IMG/VR virus record: IMGVR_UViG_3300037400_002787
Coordinates: 1 to 64,000 of that record
From: a virus
Lineage: Duplodnaviria > Heunggongvirae > Uroviricota > Caudoviricetes
DNA: 64,000 bases
Direction: 5' to 3' (one strand)
Numbering within the stretch: position 1 is the first letter of the stretch; every line of letters starts with the position of its first letter. The position numbers were made by a program, and so were the translations under genes. Positions 46,201 to 55,723 of the stretch are shown one piece after another. A model generated the notes under the pieces. It was not told the origin of the DNA, searched no databases, and saw nothing but the letters and a program-made list of their open reading frames with translations.

Positions 46201-46856
46201 AGAAAATCCCCACCCTCTTTAAGCGTGTCTTCACTGAAGACCACCAGAAGACTATCACCCGCGAAGTCACGCCCGGATGCGAGTGTGTTCTTCGTGGTGA
46301 GTGTACTGCAACGGTAAAGTGGGATGGTGCCTGCTGTGCTATAATCAACGGAGAGATATGGAAGCGGTACGATGCCAAGCATGGTAAGAAGCCCCCCGAG
46401 GGTGCGATACCATGTCAGCCTGAGCCAGACCCTATTACGACACATTGGCCGCATTGGGTGAAGTGCGACCCCGCCAACCCCGCAGACAAATACTTCTTGG
46501 AGGCATATCGCCACTTCCAGCAGTTCCCATTGTTGTCGATTAATAATGCCCAGCCATATAATCTTGGGGCTTTTGACGGCACCTACGAGGCCGTAGGACC
46601 TGCATGGCAATCTAACCCATACGGACTTGCTCGGAATACCCTACATCGCCACGGCGATGACTTCATAGGCGACCTCTGGCTCCGTGATGACGGGAAGCCA
46701 GACACCTTCGCCTACAACAAGATTCGCGGATATTTGGAGACCCACGAAATCGAGGGGATAGTGTTTTGGCTCGACGGACAGCCCCTCTGCAAAATCAAGC
46801 GCAGCGACTTCGGGTTTGAGTGGCCTGTTAAATCAAATAAATCAAAGGAGGCTTAA
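46197..46856 (+). CDS. small nucleotidyltransferase-like protein with KxDG motif (putative RNA ligase family)
   Basis: TATVKWDGACCAI (motif I KxDG). About 220 aa, consistent with the minimal RNA_ligase (DRB0094-like) family. Confidence 0.4.
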   Translation: MKKIPTLFKRVFTEDHQKTITREVTPGCECVLRGECTATVKWDGACCAIINGEIWKRYDAKHGKKPPEGAIPCQPEPDPITTHWPHWVKCDPANPADKYFLEAYRHFQQFPLLSINNAQPYNLGAFDGTYEAVGPAWQSNPYGLARNTLHRHGDDFIGDLWLRDDGKPDTFAYNKIRGYLETHEIEGIVFWLDGQPLCKIKRSDFGFEWPVKSNKSKEA

Positions 46857-46859
46857 AAT

Positions 46860-47216
46860 ATGGACAATGAAATAACCATCAATGGCGTCACCTATGTGAG
46901 GAAGGACACCATAGCCAAGGACACGGTGAAATATGAGTTCAAGAAGGGATGTGAATACTTCACATTCGCTTCAGGTAATCCAGACGCAAAAATGAACGAA
47001 CTGCAGAAAAATTTTCCAGAAAAGAATGTCTTTTTTGTTGGAAAGGCGGGCTATTGTGGAAAGGTGTGCCTTGAAGTTGACATCGAGGACATAACCGTAG
47101 ACTTCCTCAAGAAACTTCTGTATGTGAGTAGGGACTTTTTCGAAATCATAGACAATGAAATTGCTTTCGCAGCTATGGTTACAGTGGAAATGTGTAAACC
47201 AACTCTACACAGATAA
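46860..47216 (+). CDS. hypothetical protein
   Basis: 118-aa ORF. Confidence 0.45.
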   Translation: MDNEITINGVTYVRKDTIAKDTVKYEFKKGCEYFTFASGNPDAKMNELQKNFPEKNVFFVGKAGYCGKVCLEVDIEDITVDFLKKLLYVSRDFFEIIDNEIAFAAMVTVEMCKPTLHR

Positions 47217-47232
47217 CGAAAGGAGAAGTCTA

Positions 47233-47646
47233 ATGGATAGATGGGTATATTGCGATGTCCCAAGAGAGGTACAAGGCGATGCGGATGCTTTAGTCTGTGT
47301 AGTTGATAGGTCTGCATATTTTATAAGAGATGCGATTAGTTGTAGTCAAATTAAGCATTTGAAAGAAGTGTTCGAATATGCAAAACAAAGAGAAGATGCA
47401 TTTTCTCGCGGAGATAAGCCGCCGACAAGTCCTTGTTCGGTAGATGATGAAAATTTTATAGGCATAATAGCGTCCCTTCGACCACAAATGTGGGAGAAGA
47501 TTGGAAAAGGAAATAACGACTACCAATGTACACTAAAGGAAGGTATTACAAAGGAGAACTTTGCCGAGTGTTGTAAGGCATACAATAGGAGCAAAGGATT
47601 ACATTGTGAGTTTGACGGTGAAAAGCCAAATGCCAAAGGAGAATAG
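47233..47646 (+). CDS. hypothetical protein
   Basis: SD aaaggagaagtctaATG. Confidence 0.45.
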   Translation: MDRWVYCDVPREVQGDADALVCVVDRSAYFIRDAISCSQIKHLKEVFEYAKQREDAFSRGDKPPTSPCSVDDENFIGIIASLRPQMWEKIGKGNNDYQCTLKEGITKENFAECCKAYNRSKGLHCEFDGEKPNAKGE

Positions 47647-47651
47647 AAAAA

Positions 47652-47942
47652 ATGCAATCACCAGGAGAAAAACCTTTTAGCATGGAAGAATCTCTACAAG
47701 AAATTGAGAGACAAGTTGAGATAGCAATTACCTCTGTCAAAAAGATGGAAAAGTATGATGGAATCTGGCACCCTAATGCAAAAAAAGGTGTTAGCCTTCC
47801 GTTTACTGATGCTGTCGTTATTGCTCTGCATGCAATTCTTGGTACTGCAAGGCAGATTCGTAGCAACATTGAAGAAACTCGAAAGGAGAAGGATGCTGAA
47901 TGCCGCGCTCTACGGCATCTAACGAAAGGAGATGACAAGTGA
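47652..47942 (+). CDS. hypothetical protein
   Basis: 96-aa ORF. Confidence 0.45.
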   Translation: MQSPGEKPFSMEESLQEIERQVEIAITSVKKMEKYDGIWHPNAKKGVSLPFTDAVVIALHAILGTARQIRSNIEETRKEKDAECRALRHLTKGDDK

Positions 47943-48169
47943 CCTACGAATACCTACTCCCCAAAGACAAACTCCGCAAGGTCATCGACGACAACGAGAT
48001 GCAACAGCCCGACCTCGGTTCATGTGAAGCCGGGTTCCCGTCCCTGCGGCAATACTGGGAACTTCTCTCCCCTGAAGACCAGAAACTCGATGTCGATTCC
48101 CTCGTATACCATTTCGACGAAGACCTAAAGCACCTCGGAGCAGAGATTTTTGGAACACCAAAGGATTAA
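47939..48169 (+). CDS. hypothetical protein (GTG start overlapping upstream stop)
   Basis: 76-aa ORF. Confidence 0.4.
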   Translation: MTYEYLLPKDKLRKVIDDNEMQQPDLGSCEAGFPSLRQYWELLSPEDQKLDVDSLVYHFDEDLKHLGAEIFGTPKD

Positions 48170-48183
48170 AAAACGGAGACCTA

Positions 48184-48993
48184 ATGGCTAATCAACAAGA
48201 AAAGATAACCGCCAAGGACATTCTGTCTCTCCTTCGCCAGAAGTACCTCGACTCCCGCGAGTGGGTAGTTGCCTCGGAAGTCCAGCGCACGACAGGGTGG
48301 AGCGACCGCCGATACGACTTTGTGGCGATGAACTGCTGGAACTCAAACTTCTACAAGATAGAGGTTGTTGAAATCAAGGTCAGCAAGTCCGACCTTCGCC
48401 ACGAACTAGAGGAAGCGGAGAAACACACTGTCATCTTCGACGAGATAGACTACTATTCCCTTGCCGCTCCCGCCGAGATAATCGACATGCGGATTATCCC
48501 GCCCAAGTGGGGAGTGTATGCTTATACGGATGGCAAACTGGTTACTAAACGGAAGCCCCTGCATCTCCACGATGAATTCAAGTCCACTGTGAGTCGCACC
48601 TTTGCGGCATCGTTTATGAGGGCGGCAATCGCCCAGAATATGGAGAAGACGCTTTTGTACGACGAAAAGCAGAAGGCGTTCGAGAAAGGGTTTAAGGAGG
48701 GCAGGGAGTCCTGCGGATTCGCCGCCAACGAGCGAGAAGAGTTTGAGCGGCTAAGGGACGAGAATCGTAGAGTTCAAGAAATTCTCTATTCTTTAGGTTT
48801 GTATTCAATTCTTGGGAAAAGCGAAGCAGCGAAGAGCAAGGTTGAATGGCTAAAGAAAGCGAAGAACATAGTGGAAACACTAGATGTCGGAAATCTTAAC
48901 TATTCTCTTAACAATATGAAGAGGGCTTTGGGGGAAATGGAGAACACGATGCAGGAGTTTAAGAAACTTCAGGATTCCGCTTCGGCCCCTTGA
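48184..48993 (+). CDS. MmcB-like PD-(D/E)XK nuclease-fold protein
   Basis: RRYDFVAMNCWNSNFYKIEVVEIKVSKSDL fits D...E.K with a flanking MmcB-like pattern. Confidence 0.4.
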   Translation: MANQQEKITAKDILSLLRQKYLDSREWVVASEVQRTTGWSDRRYDFVAMNCWNSNFYKIEVVEIKVSKSDLRHELEEAEKHTVIFDEIDYYSLAAPAEIIDMRIIPPKWGVYAYTDGKLVTKRKPLHLHDEFKSTVSRTFAASFMRAAIAQNMEKTLLYDEKQKAFEKGFKEGRESCGFAANEREEFERLRDENRRVQEILYSLGLYSILGKSEAAKSKVEWLKKAKNIVETLDVGNLNYSLNNMKRALGEMENTMQEFKKLQDSASAP

Positions 48994-49019
48994 AAACCGA
49001 AAGCTGAAAATGATATAAT
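48990..49019 (+). promoter_or_regulatory. sigma70-type phage promoter
   Basis: ccccTTGAAAaccgaaag, N, TGATATAAT. Confidence 0.65.
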
Positions 49020-49054
49020 ATAGGCAAACCTAAAACAAACATAGGAGATAAATA

Positions 49055-49600
49055 ATGAGCAAGAAGGTAATAGTTGTAGTTGATGTACAGAATGATTTTG
49101 TGAAGGGTGGAGTGCTCCCTTACGGCTACCCACAGAAGGATATTGTTGGGGATGTCTGCGATTATGTCCGTAAGGCAAGCTCTGAGGGGCATCGCATTAT
49201 TGCCACACGTGATACTCATCACGACAACTATTTAGAGACATTGGAGGGCAAGAACCTTCCGGTCAAGCACTGCATTCACGATACTCACGGATGGTCACTT
49301 GTTCCCGACCTTAACGAAATGTATGCGGCGGGGAAGTTGACCGTGTTCGATAAGCCAACCTTTGGCACTCCTCTGGTTGGGGAGTATGTCCGTGGCATTA
49401 TAGAGAGTGAGACGATAGATGAGATTGAACTCATTGGATTCGACCTCTCTATCTGTGTGCTTGCAAATGCCGTGCTTCTTCGTTCAAGATTCCCAAATAT
49501 GCCCATCACCGTTCGTATGGACCTCTGTGGAGATGTTGACAAGAAGAGTTTCAAGGCAGCCTGCGAGGTGCTCCATAACCAGCAGATTCGGGTCTGCTAA
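49055..49600 (+). CDS. pncA: nicotinamidase (isochorismatase-family cysteine hydrolase)
   Basis: VVVDVQNDF (VDLQNDF), THHDNY (WHPANH metal site), VKHCIHDTHG (WPDHCVQ), FDK (catalytic Lys), IGFDLSICV (MGLATDYCV, catalytic Cys). Confidence 0.7.
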   Translation: MSKKVIVVVDVQNDFVKGGVLPYGYPQKDIVGDVCDYVRKASSEGHRIIATRDTHHDNYLETLEGKNLPVKHCIHDTHGWSLVPDLNEMYAAGKLTVFDKPTFGTPLVGEYVRGIIESETIDEIELIGFDLSICVLANAVLLRSRFPNMPITVRMDLCGDVDKKSFKAACEVLHNQQIRVC

Positions 49601-49911
49601 TGGGATTTGCATTCCATAGGAAAAGAAAAAAGACTGGTGCCGATGTGATCAACCACTTCAATCTTCGGTGCATGGAAAGAATTGGAATGGTTCTTTCTCA
49701 GGACGAATTGAAGCATAGAATGTTGAGTCACAGGTTGAGGTCTTTGGGTAGAGAAAGCAATGCGAGGACACACTTTCTTGTTCCAAATGATATGCTTCCG
49801 TTCTGGCATAAAGAGGAGATGGTGGCGGTGTACGACAAGAAGCGCCACAACTTCGTCACCGTACTTTTCAATAATGGAGGAGAGTTCTTTGAGACATCTA
49901 GTTTTGATTAG
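49600..49911 (+). CDS. hypothetical protein
   Basis: TAATG overlap with pncA. Confidence 0.45.
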   Translation: MGFAFHRKRKKTGADVINHFNLRCMERIGMVLSQDELKHRMLSHRLRSLGRESNARTHFLVPNDMLPFWHKEEMVAVYDKKRHNFVTVLFNNGGEFFETSSFD

Positions 49912-50077
49912 TATCATCTCGCTTCTAATGGCGGGAGGATGTATCACCAAGAGCGGAGACAATGGCAATAGACCCATCGTATCTCCGACAAACATTTCTA
50001 CCGAAGTCCACTCCGACTCGGACAAGGTTCTGCCGCAGTATGTGCCTTGGTGGGTCAGGGGGGAGGATAGTCTATGA
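49874..50077 (+). CDS. small lipoprotein (lipobox LMAGGC)
   Basis: MEESSLRHLVLISIISLLMAGGC. Stop overlaps the start of the protease gene (ATGA). Confidence 0.4.
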   Translation: MEESSLRHLVLISIISLLMAGGCITKSGDNGNRPIVSPTNISTEVHSDSDKVLPQYVPWWVRGEDSL

Positions 50078-51084
50078 CGATACAGGAAGCGAAGCACATT
50101 AACCGAATCGACTATGTTTCGGGTTTCTTCATTTCCCTTCGGCAGGCGTATGCGGCTATGCGCGAAACCCTTGGTGAACAGGAAGCAAGAAAAGAATACG
50201 ACAGATGCATATTCCGTCTAATAGATGATTATATTTCCGCCGCAGTCGAGGGGTACATATCTAATACGGACTTCATTTCGCTGATGAATGCGGTCAATGA
50301 CTGGAAAGTGGCTAACGACCGATATTTTGCAAGGAAGGAAGTTCCTAATGCACTAGAGGAGAAGTTGGTCAACCGTGATGTGGGGATGGTCGGCCGGGAA
50401 GCCAAGGTGTATCAGGACGAGTATCGGCTAGGATGCATACTGACCCCCGACAATCTAGACGAACTCCCGCTCCTCGCGCCTAGGCGAGACTTTGTGGCTC
50501 CGGTAACGGTGCCGCTTATGGACTACTGCCTTCCGACCAAAGACCAGGGCAGACTCCCTTGGTGTGCCGCTTTCTCCGCAGTAGATTTCGCATCGAATAT
50601 CCTATGGAGGAAGAACGACTACCCTACGGAATTCTCCCCCGAGCCTATCTATCGTAAGGCCAAGGAGATAGATGGAATGCCGAATGCTGACGGCACTTCT
50701 CTTGTTGCCGTTCTTCAAAGTCTTCTAGATTCGCGCATATTCGACCCCACAAAGAGCGAGGTAAAGGTACTGCGAACCGTCGATCAGGTCAAGTATGCCG
50801 TCCACAAGTTCGGGTGCTGCCTTGCTGGGCTAAACATATCGAAAGAATGGTACGATTGCAACAAGCATAAGAACACGATAAGCGGTACGGGCAATCCCAA
50901 ATTGATAGGCGGACATGCAGTGCTGGTTTGTGGCTACCTTGATAAGTATGTGGTTATACACAACTCGTGGGGAGTAGACTGGGGTTCGTATGGTTTCGCA
51001 TACATCACGTGGCAGGAATTCGAGCGAGAGTTCATATATGGGGCCGTGCTTGACAACTGTCTCTATGAAATGCGAATGAACTAA
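50074..51084 (+). CDS. papain-like cysteine peptidase (C1 family)
   Basis: QGRLPWCAAFSAV (Q...C-W oxyanion/catalytic Cys), GGHAVLVCGY (catalytic His), NSWGVDWG (Asn-Ser-Trp). Confidence 0.65.
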   Translation: MTIQEAKHINRIDYVSGFFISLRQAYAAMRETLGEQEARKEYDRCIFRLIDDYISAAVEGYISNTDFISLMNAVNDWKVANDRYFARKEVPNALEEKLVNRDVGMVGREAKVYQDEYRLGCILTPDNLDELPLLAPRRDFVAPVTVPLMDYCLPTKDQGRLPWCAAFSAVDFASNILWRKNDYPTEFSPEPIYRKAKEIDGMPNADGTSLVAVLQSLLDSRIFDPTKSEVKVLRTVDQVKYAVHKFGCCLAGLNISKEWYDCNKHKNTISGTGNPKLIGGHAVLVCGYLDKYVVIHNSWGVDWGSYGFAYITWQEFEREFIYGAVLDNCLYEMRMN

Positions 51085-51094
51085 ATCACCCCCC

Positions 51095-51124
51095 TTTACA
51101 TCTGACCGCTATTTGTGATATAAT
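51095..51124 (+). promoter_or_regulatory. sigma70-type phage promoter
   Basis: cccccTTTACAtctgaccgc, N, TGATATAAT. Nearly identical to the promoter at 121. Confidence 0.7.
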
Positions 51125-51262
51125 ATACATCACGGCTTTAAGAAGGGATTTTACAATGCAATATACAATCGGGTATAAGAATAATAAAATAGAGATATGG
51201 TTAAGACAGGTGACACAAGATTGTAGTTGTGTACACTAACATACTTTGCGAGAAGCTAGAAA

Positions 51263-52216
51263 ATGTGCGGAGTAGCAAAGCCAGACCGTTCCGTAACCCT
51301 CTATGAGGGGCATATACGATGCATTATGGAACTAGACACACCTAGTGAGAAGTTAGCCGCCCTAGAGACAGTGTTTGCCATTGCATTTCCACCCGATGAA
51401 GATAGGGCATATGTTCCGCCGGAACTACCATCGGACGGAAGCAAATTGTCAAAGGAAGACAAAGCAAGGCGACTGGCTTACAATATTTTCAATGGGCTCA
51501 TAAGGTATCAAGGCAAGAAGGGAGATATACGGACTAAAGACAAGAGGAAGGTAGAAGCGGGACGACTTGGTGCTTATACGAGATGGGGGGATTCTAGTGC
51601 TTCAACGGTGGATGATTTTTCAAGGGAGAGGTTTCAGCAGACGAGAGATGATGCCGAGGTTTCCAATGAGGCCGAGATAGAGAAAAAGGAGATAATCAAG
51701 TTTGCTAAAGATTCTCCGCCCCAGGCTATAGCGGGAGATGACTTCAGCAGCGTATATGAGGCTGGAGCATATAAGTACAAGAAAGAACTTACCAAAGCAG
51801 AAGAGGAAGCCATAGCGGAATGGGATAGGAAGATTCCGAATGCACAGGCATTACATGGATTTATAGAGAAGAATTTTCTTTATGCAACAAGACCCACGGC
51901 TATCAAGCCTGATTTCTGCGAGTTTGCCTATAATAAACTTGCAAAGATTGACAGATGGATAAGTTCAAGAAGCAATAGACCTTTCAAGGACATAAGGGCG
52001 GCAATACACTATATAGCCCTAGATTACAAGAAGCAGTTGGGAGAAGCGGAAAGAGCCGAAAAGGAAGAGCGGCGAAAGAACATGGAAGCAGAGTTTCAGA
52101 TGAAGAACTCCGAACTCTCCCAGATGTCGGCAACCGACTTGGCAGACTTGGAACGCCGTAGAAGGAGACAGGCAGAGAAAGAGGCGGCGGCAAAGATAAT
52201 GAAGGGAGAATTGTAA
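51263..52216 (+). CDS. hypothetical protein upstream of helicase (possible replication initiation or helicase-loading factor; start uncertain)
   Basis: 317-aa ORF. Long AT-rich leader between promoter and gene. Confidence 0.45.
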   Translation: MCGVAKPDRSVTLYEGHIRCIMELDTPSEKLAALETVFAIAFPPDEDRAYVPPELPSDGSKLSKEDKARRLAYNIFNGLIRYQGKKGDIRTKDKRKVEAGRLGAYTRWGDSSASTVDDFSRERFQQTRDDAEVSNEAEIEKKEIIKFAKDSPPQAIAGDDFSSVYEAGAYKYKKELTKAEEEAIAEWDRKIPNAQALHGFIEKNFLYATRPTAIKPDFCEFAYNKLAKIDRWISSRSNRPFKDIRAAIHYIALDYKKQLGEAERAEKEERRKNMEAEFQMKNSELSQMSATDLADLERRRRRQAEKEAAAKIMKGEL

Positions 52217-52218
52217 CA

Positions 52219-54126
52219 GTGCGTCAGCCGAAGGAGATAGAGTTTGCATTTCTCGGTTGCATCTTCGATAATCCCCCTACGCGGATTCCAGATGCCCTCA
52301 AGGTCAAGGCAAACGTGGACTGGTTTTCCGACCAGTCGTGTAGACTTGTCTGGGCAGCCATAGACTCCGTTCGTCGCAAGACGGCCATAGAAAAGATTCG
52401 ACCTCTCGTGATAATCGACGAGGCAATACGGCTGTCCAACCGAAAAAAGTCGCCGTTCTACGGTTTCAAGATTTCAACGGATTTCATAGATGAGGCAAAG
52501 AAGTTCCGCGATGCCGCTGAAGACGACGAGACAACTACCATAGCGGCATATGCTCCGATTCTGCAGGAGGCGGCAATTGGCCGAAAGCTCAACGAGGCGA
52601 TGGAGTCCGCCAGTGTTGAGGGGAAGTATAGTTCCAACTCCGTGAGGATGATGGAACTAGCCAAGCAGATTCAGCAGATACAGAAGGACGAAAGCCCCGA
52701 GTCCGGTATAGATGTAGGCACCCTGCTTGACAATATGCAGGAATCCTATGACAAGGGATACGAGGAATATGCCGTCAACCACAACTATAGTTATGTTCCC
52801 GGCATTCCGTTTCCCTGGGATTGTATGTCCCATCTTACGGAGGGGCTCAATCCCGGTCTACATATTATAGCGGCAAGACCGTCCGTAGGCAAGACATCTT
52901 TTATCCTTCAATGCATGAACTACTGGTGTGAACTCGGTTACAAGGTGGCTTTTGATTGCCTTGACATGTCCGTGACCGAGATGATAAAGCGCCCAGTATC
53001 CAATCTGTCTTGGGTGTCTCCTAGAAGAATGAAGTTCGGATGGGCAACTCCTGACGAGCAGTTTAGGGTTAGAGAGGTTAGTAAGCAGGTAAGGGCATGG
53101 GGAGACAATGGATTGCTTACAGTGACCCTAGAGCCCGATGTAGATAAACTAAAGGCATGGGCAGAAATCCGTCATAGGGCGGGTAAACTCGATATTCTTG
53201 TCATAGACTTTGCACAGAGATTTCGTCTCAAGGGTACTTCTTCCGAGTATGAGATTGTGACTTATGCATCGGGGGTTTTGAAACAGTTGGCTAACGAATG
53301 CCTTATGCCGATTGTCTTGCTTTCGCAATTGTCAAGAGACAATGTAAAAGACCCCAACGGCAAGAGACCGCCGGAACTATCCGATTTGAGAGGTTCTGGA
53401 GCTTTGGAGCAAGATGCAACGTCGGTAGTGCTGCTTCACAAGGAAGCGGAAATAATAACACAGTGGCGTACAGACCCTCCTCTTTACTATGTAGAACAAT
53501 CTAACGACCCTAGGCTCAATAGCGAGAGAAGCGGCAGCATAGCGGCGGTGACTTGGAATCTTGCGAAGAACCAGAACGGAGCAACAGGGCAGTTGCCTTT
53601 CGTCGTGTTCCAGAACTGCTTTAGATGGTATGTCGGTGACGAGGACGGCGAGAAAGCGGCCAAGTTCCAGAAGATACAGGCAGATTGGAGATTCCTAGAG
53701 CAACCTTTCATTACTGCAGAACAAAACGGTGCGGTAGTCTATCCCGACTTCTGGACGAAGAAGTGTGCGGAGTTCTGCGGCAAACTCGGCTTGGAGATTC
53801 CATCTCACATAAGAGACCAGTTGGAAAAGTGGGATGTGGAGCGGTATAACAAGCTTTTAGCAGAGCACAATGCGAGAGTAAAACAGGCGAAGGAGGCAGT
53901 GGTGTCGCCAATGCAGGCAGAGGAAGCCCCTCCATCTATAGTCAAGATGACGGCAGAAGCCGTAGTCAAGGATGAAAGCAACAATGATGCCTCTGTTGGC
54001 ATTGCAATTCCCACCTCACAGGAGATTGATAAGCATTTCGACAATCATATTCCAAGCAACACAGAGTCGGATGCGGGAGTCGAACCAATGTCCGATGATA
54101 ATTTTTTCCCAGATGAGAAAATTTAA
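52219..54126 (+). CDS. dnaB: DnaB-like replicative DNA helicase
   Basis: Walker A IIAARPSVGKTSF, Walker B ILVIDFAQ, LLSQLSRD, SDLRGSGALEQDA. Confidence 0.75.
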   Translation: MRQPKEIEFAFLGCIFDNPPTRIPDALKVKANVDWFSDQSCRLVWAAIDSVRRKTAIEKIRPLVIIDEAIRLSNRKKSPFYGFKISTDFIDEAKKFRDAAEDDETTTIAAYAPILQEAAIGRKLNEAMESASVEGKYSSNSVRMMELAKQIQQIQKDESPESGIDVGTLLDNMQESYDKGYEEYAVNHNYSYVPGIPFPWDCMSHLTEGLNPGLHIIAARPSVGKTSFILQCMNYWCELGYKVAFDCLDMSVTEMIKRPVSNLSWVSPRRMKFGWATPDEQFRVREVSKQVRAWGDNGLLTVTLEPDVDKLKAWAEIRHRAGKLDILVIDFAQRFRLKGTSSEYEIVTYASGVLKQLANECLMPIVLLSQLSRDNVKDPNGKRPPELSDLRGSGALEQDATSVVLLHKEAEIITQWRTDPPLYYVEQSNDPRLNSERSGSIAAVTWNLAKNQNGATGQLPFVVFQNCFRWYVGDEDGEKAAKFQKIQADWRFLEQPFITAEQNGAVVYPDFWTKKCAEFCGKLGLEIPSHIRDQLEKWDVERYNKLLAEHNARVKQAKEAVVSPMQAEEAPPSIVKMTAEAVVKDESNNDASVGIAIPTSQEIDKHFDNHIPSNTESDAGVEPMSDDNFFPDEKI

Positions 54127-54149
54127 CACATAAAGGAGACACAAAAAAA

Positions 54150-54533
54150 ATGAGTCAGAAATACGAGATGGAAGGTACTGTGACGGAGGTTTTCCCTACA
54201 CAGACCATAGGAAGCAAGGGATTCCAGAAGCGGGAATTCCGTATTAAGGAGAAGTCTGATAGCCAGTGGCCAAACTTTGTTCCTTTTTATTTGACTAAGG
54301 ACAAGTGTTCGCTTGCCGACTCCTTGACAGAGGGGGCGGAGGTGAAAGTTCACTTCAATCTTTCCGGGAGAATCTGGGACAAGGGTGATGGAAGTCCTAC
54401 TAGGTGCTTCTGCGAGAACCAGGCTTGGAAGATAGACATCTTGAAGAAGGGGAAGCCCAATGTCCCAGCCCCGGCAGAGCCGGAAGACGACCTTGAAGTG
54501 GCCGATGTAGGCGATGAAGATATTCCATTTTAA
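54150..54533 (+). CDS. ssb: single-stranded DNA-binding protein-like OB-fold protein with acidic DIPF tail
   Basis: C-terminal DDLEVADVGDEDIPF mirrors the SSB tail DDDIPF. N-terminal OB-like region. Confidence 0.55.
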   Translation: MSQKYEMEGTVTEVFPTQTIGSKGFQKREFRIKEKSDSQWPNFVPFYLTKDKCSLADSLTEGAEVKVHFNLSGRIWDKGDGSPTRCFCENQAWKIDILKKGKPNVPAPAEPEDDLEVADVGDEDIPF

Positions 54534-54568
54534 ATTAACCCACAAAAAAAACAGACAAGGAGAAGGAA

Positions 54569-54871
54569 ATGGCAACGACAAAGAAGCCAGTCCAGAAGAA
54601 AGCGGCAGTCAAGGCGGCGAAGAAGACCGTCAAGGCTGTCAAGAAGCCAGTAACGAAGACGAAGACCGTCAAGCCGACGGCGAAGAAGGCGGCAGCCCCC
54701 GCAAAGAAGACTGCCTCAAAGAAGCCGACGAAGACCAAGGCCACCCCGATGACCAAGGTCGTGGTTGACCGTATGCCTCTTCCGAAGGGCGGAAAGGTGT
54801 TTGTCAAGGCGGTCAAGCGCCCAGCCGCAAAGAAGGCGGCGAAGAAAGCCGTAGCACAGAAGCGCAAGTAA
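54569..54871 (+). CDS. histone H1-like Lys/Ala-rich DNA-binding protein
   Basis: AKKxxK repeats throughout. SD aaggagaaggaaATG. Confidence 0.5.
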   Translation: MATTKKPVQKKAAVKAAKKTVKAVKKPVTKTKTVKPTAKKAAAPAKKTASKKPTKTKATPMTKVVVDRMPLPKGGKVFVKAVKRPAAKKAAKKAVAQKRK

Positions 54872-54892
54872 GCATTCTTGCAGTTTTCCTAA

Positions 54893-54934
54893 AAAGACCG
54901 ATTTCCATTTGTGGAATTCGGTCTTTTCTTTTTC
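54893..54934 (+). terminator. rho-independent terminator
   Basis: aaagaccgatttcc / ggaattcggtcttt stem plus tctttttcc. Confidence 0.8.
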
Positions 54935-54963
54935 CACCTTGGCATTTTGCAGGAGAAAGGTTT

Positions 54964-55707
54964 ATGATTGCTATCTATCGAGGAGAAGACACCGACTTTG
55001 CGGGACAGGAGCCAATACAGGTCAAGATAAACACACCTTATGACCTCACAGGCTACACTGCGGATATTCTATTCGGAAGCGTGGTAAAACACTTTGAGGC
55101 GGATGAAGTAGGAACAAAGACACTTGGACTATCTTTTACAGCAGCAGAGACTTCCGGGTTCTTCCCTGGCAGAGGCTATGCTTCAATCAAGGTCTATGAC
55201 ACAGAAGGTAGGGTCGCTATACTTAAAAGGTTTGTTATAGATGTGAGGTTTAGGGACTATGAGAAATCGCCGCTGAACATAGTCGATGTTGCCGAAGTTG
55301 TCCAGTCCTATGAGAATGTCAAAGAGGTGGTGTCCAAGATGGACAAACTAACTATCAACGACGACGTTGGCACCATTAAAGAAGTCATAAACGAGATACT
55401 TGGAGCGGCAAAGAAACGGACGGAGTTCACTCCGCTAACACAGAAGGACTTGGCAAAGGTGCCGGCATCGACAGTTGTTGCTTTCACCGAGTGCATGCGG
55501 AAACTGGAGAGCCTTGCAAAGGATGCCGCCTGGCTTGACCTCGACTCCGACATAGAGGATGTCAAAAACCTTCTCAATGACATTCTTGGGGCATTTGGAG
55601 GAGCTAGAACCGCCAAAATAAACATTGAAGACCCGATGGCCAGCGTCAACAGTCTTCTGGAATGGGCCAAAGAGGTGAGCCGTATTCTAAGAACCCAGAA
55701 GGTTTAA
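54964..55707 (+). CDS. hypothetical protein (possibly virion-associated)
   Basis: 247-aa ORF upstream of the Hep_Hag repeat protein. Confidence 0.5.
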   Translation: MIAIYRGEDTDFAGQEPIQVKINTPYDLTGYTADILFGSVVKHFEADEVGTKTLGLSFTAAETSGFFPGRGYASIKVYDTEGRVAILKRFVIDVRFRDYEKSPLNIVDVAEVVQSYENVKEVVSKMDKLTINDDVGTIKEVINEILGAAKKRTEFTPLTQKDLAKVPASTVVAFTECMRKLESLAKDAAWLDLDSDIEDVKNLLNDILGAFGGARTAKINIEDPMASVNSLLEWAKEVSRILRTQKV

Positions 55708-55723
55708 TTTCTAAGGAGGTTGC

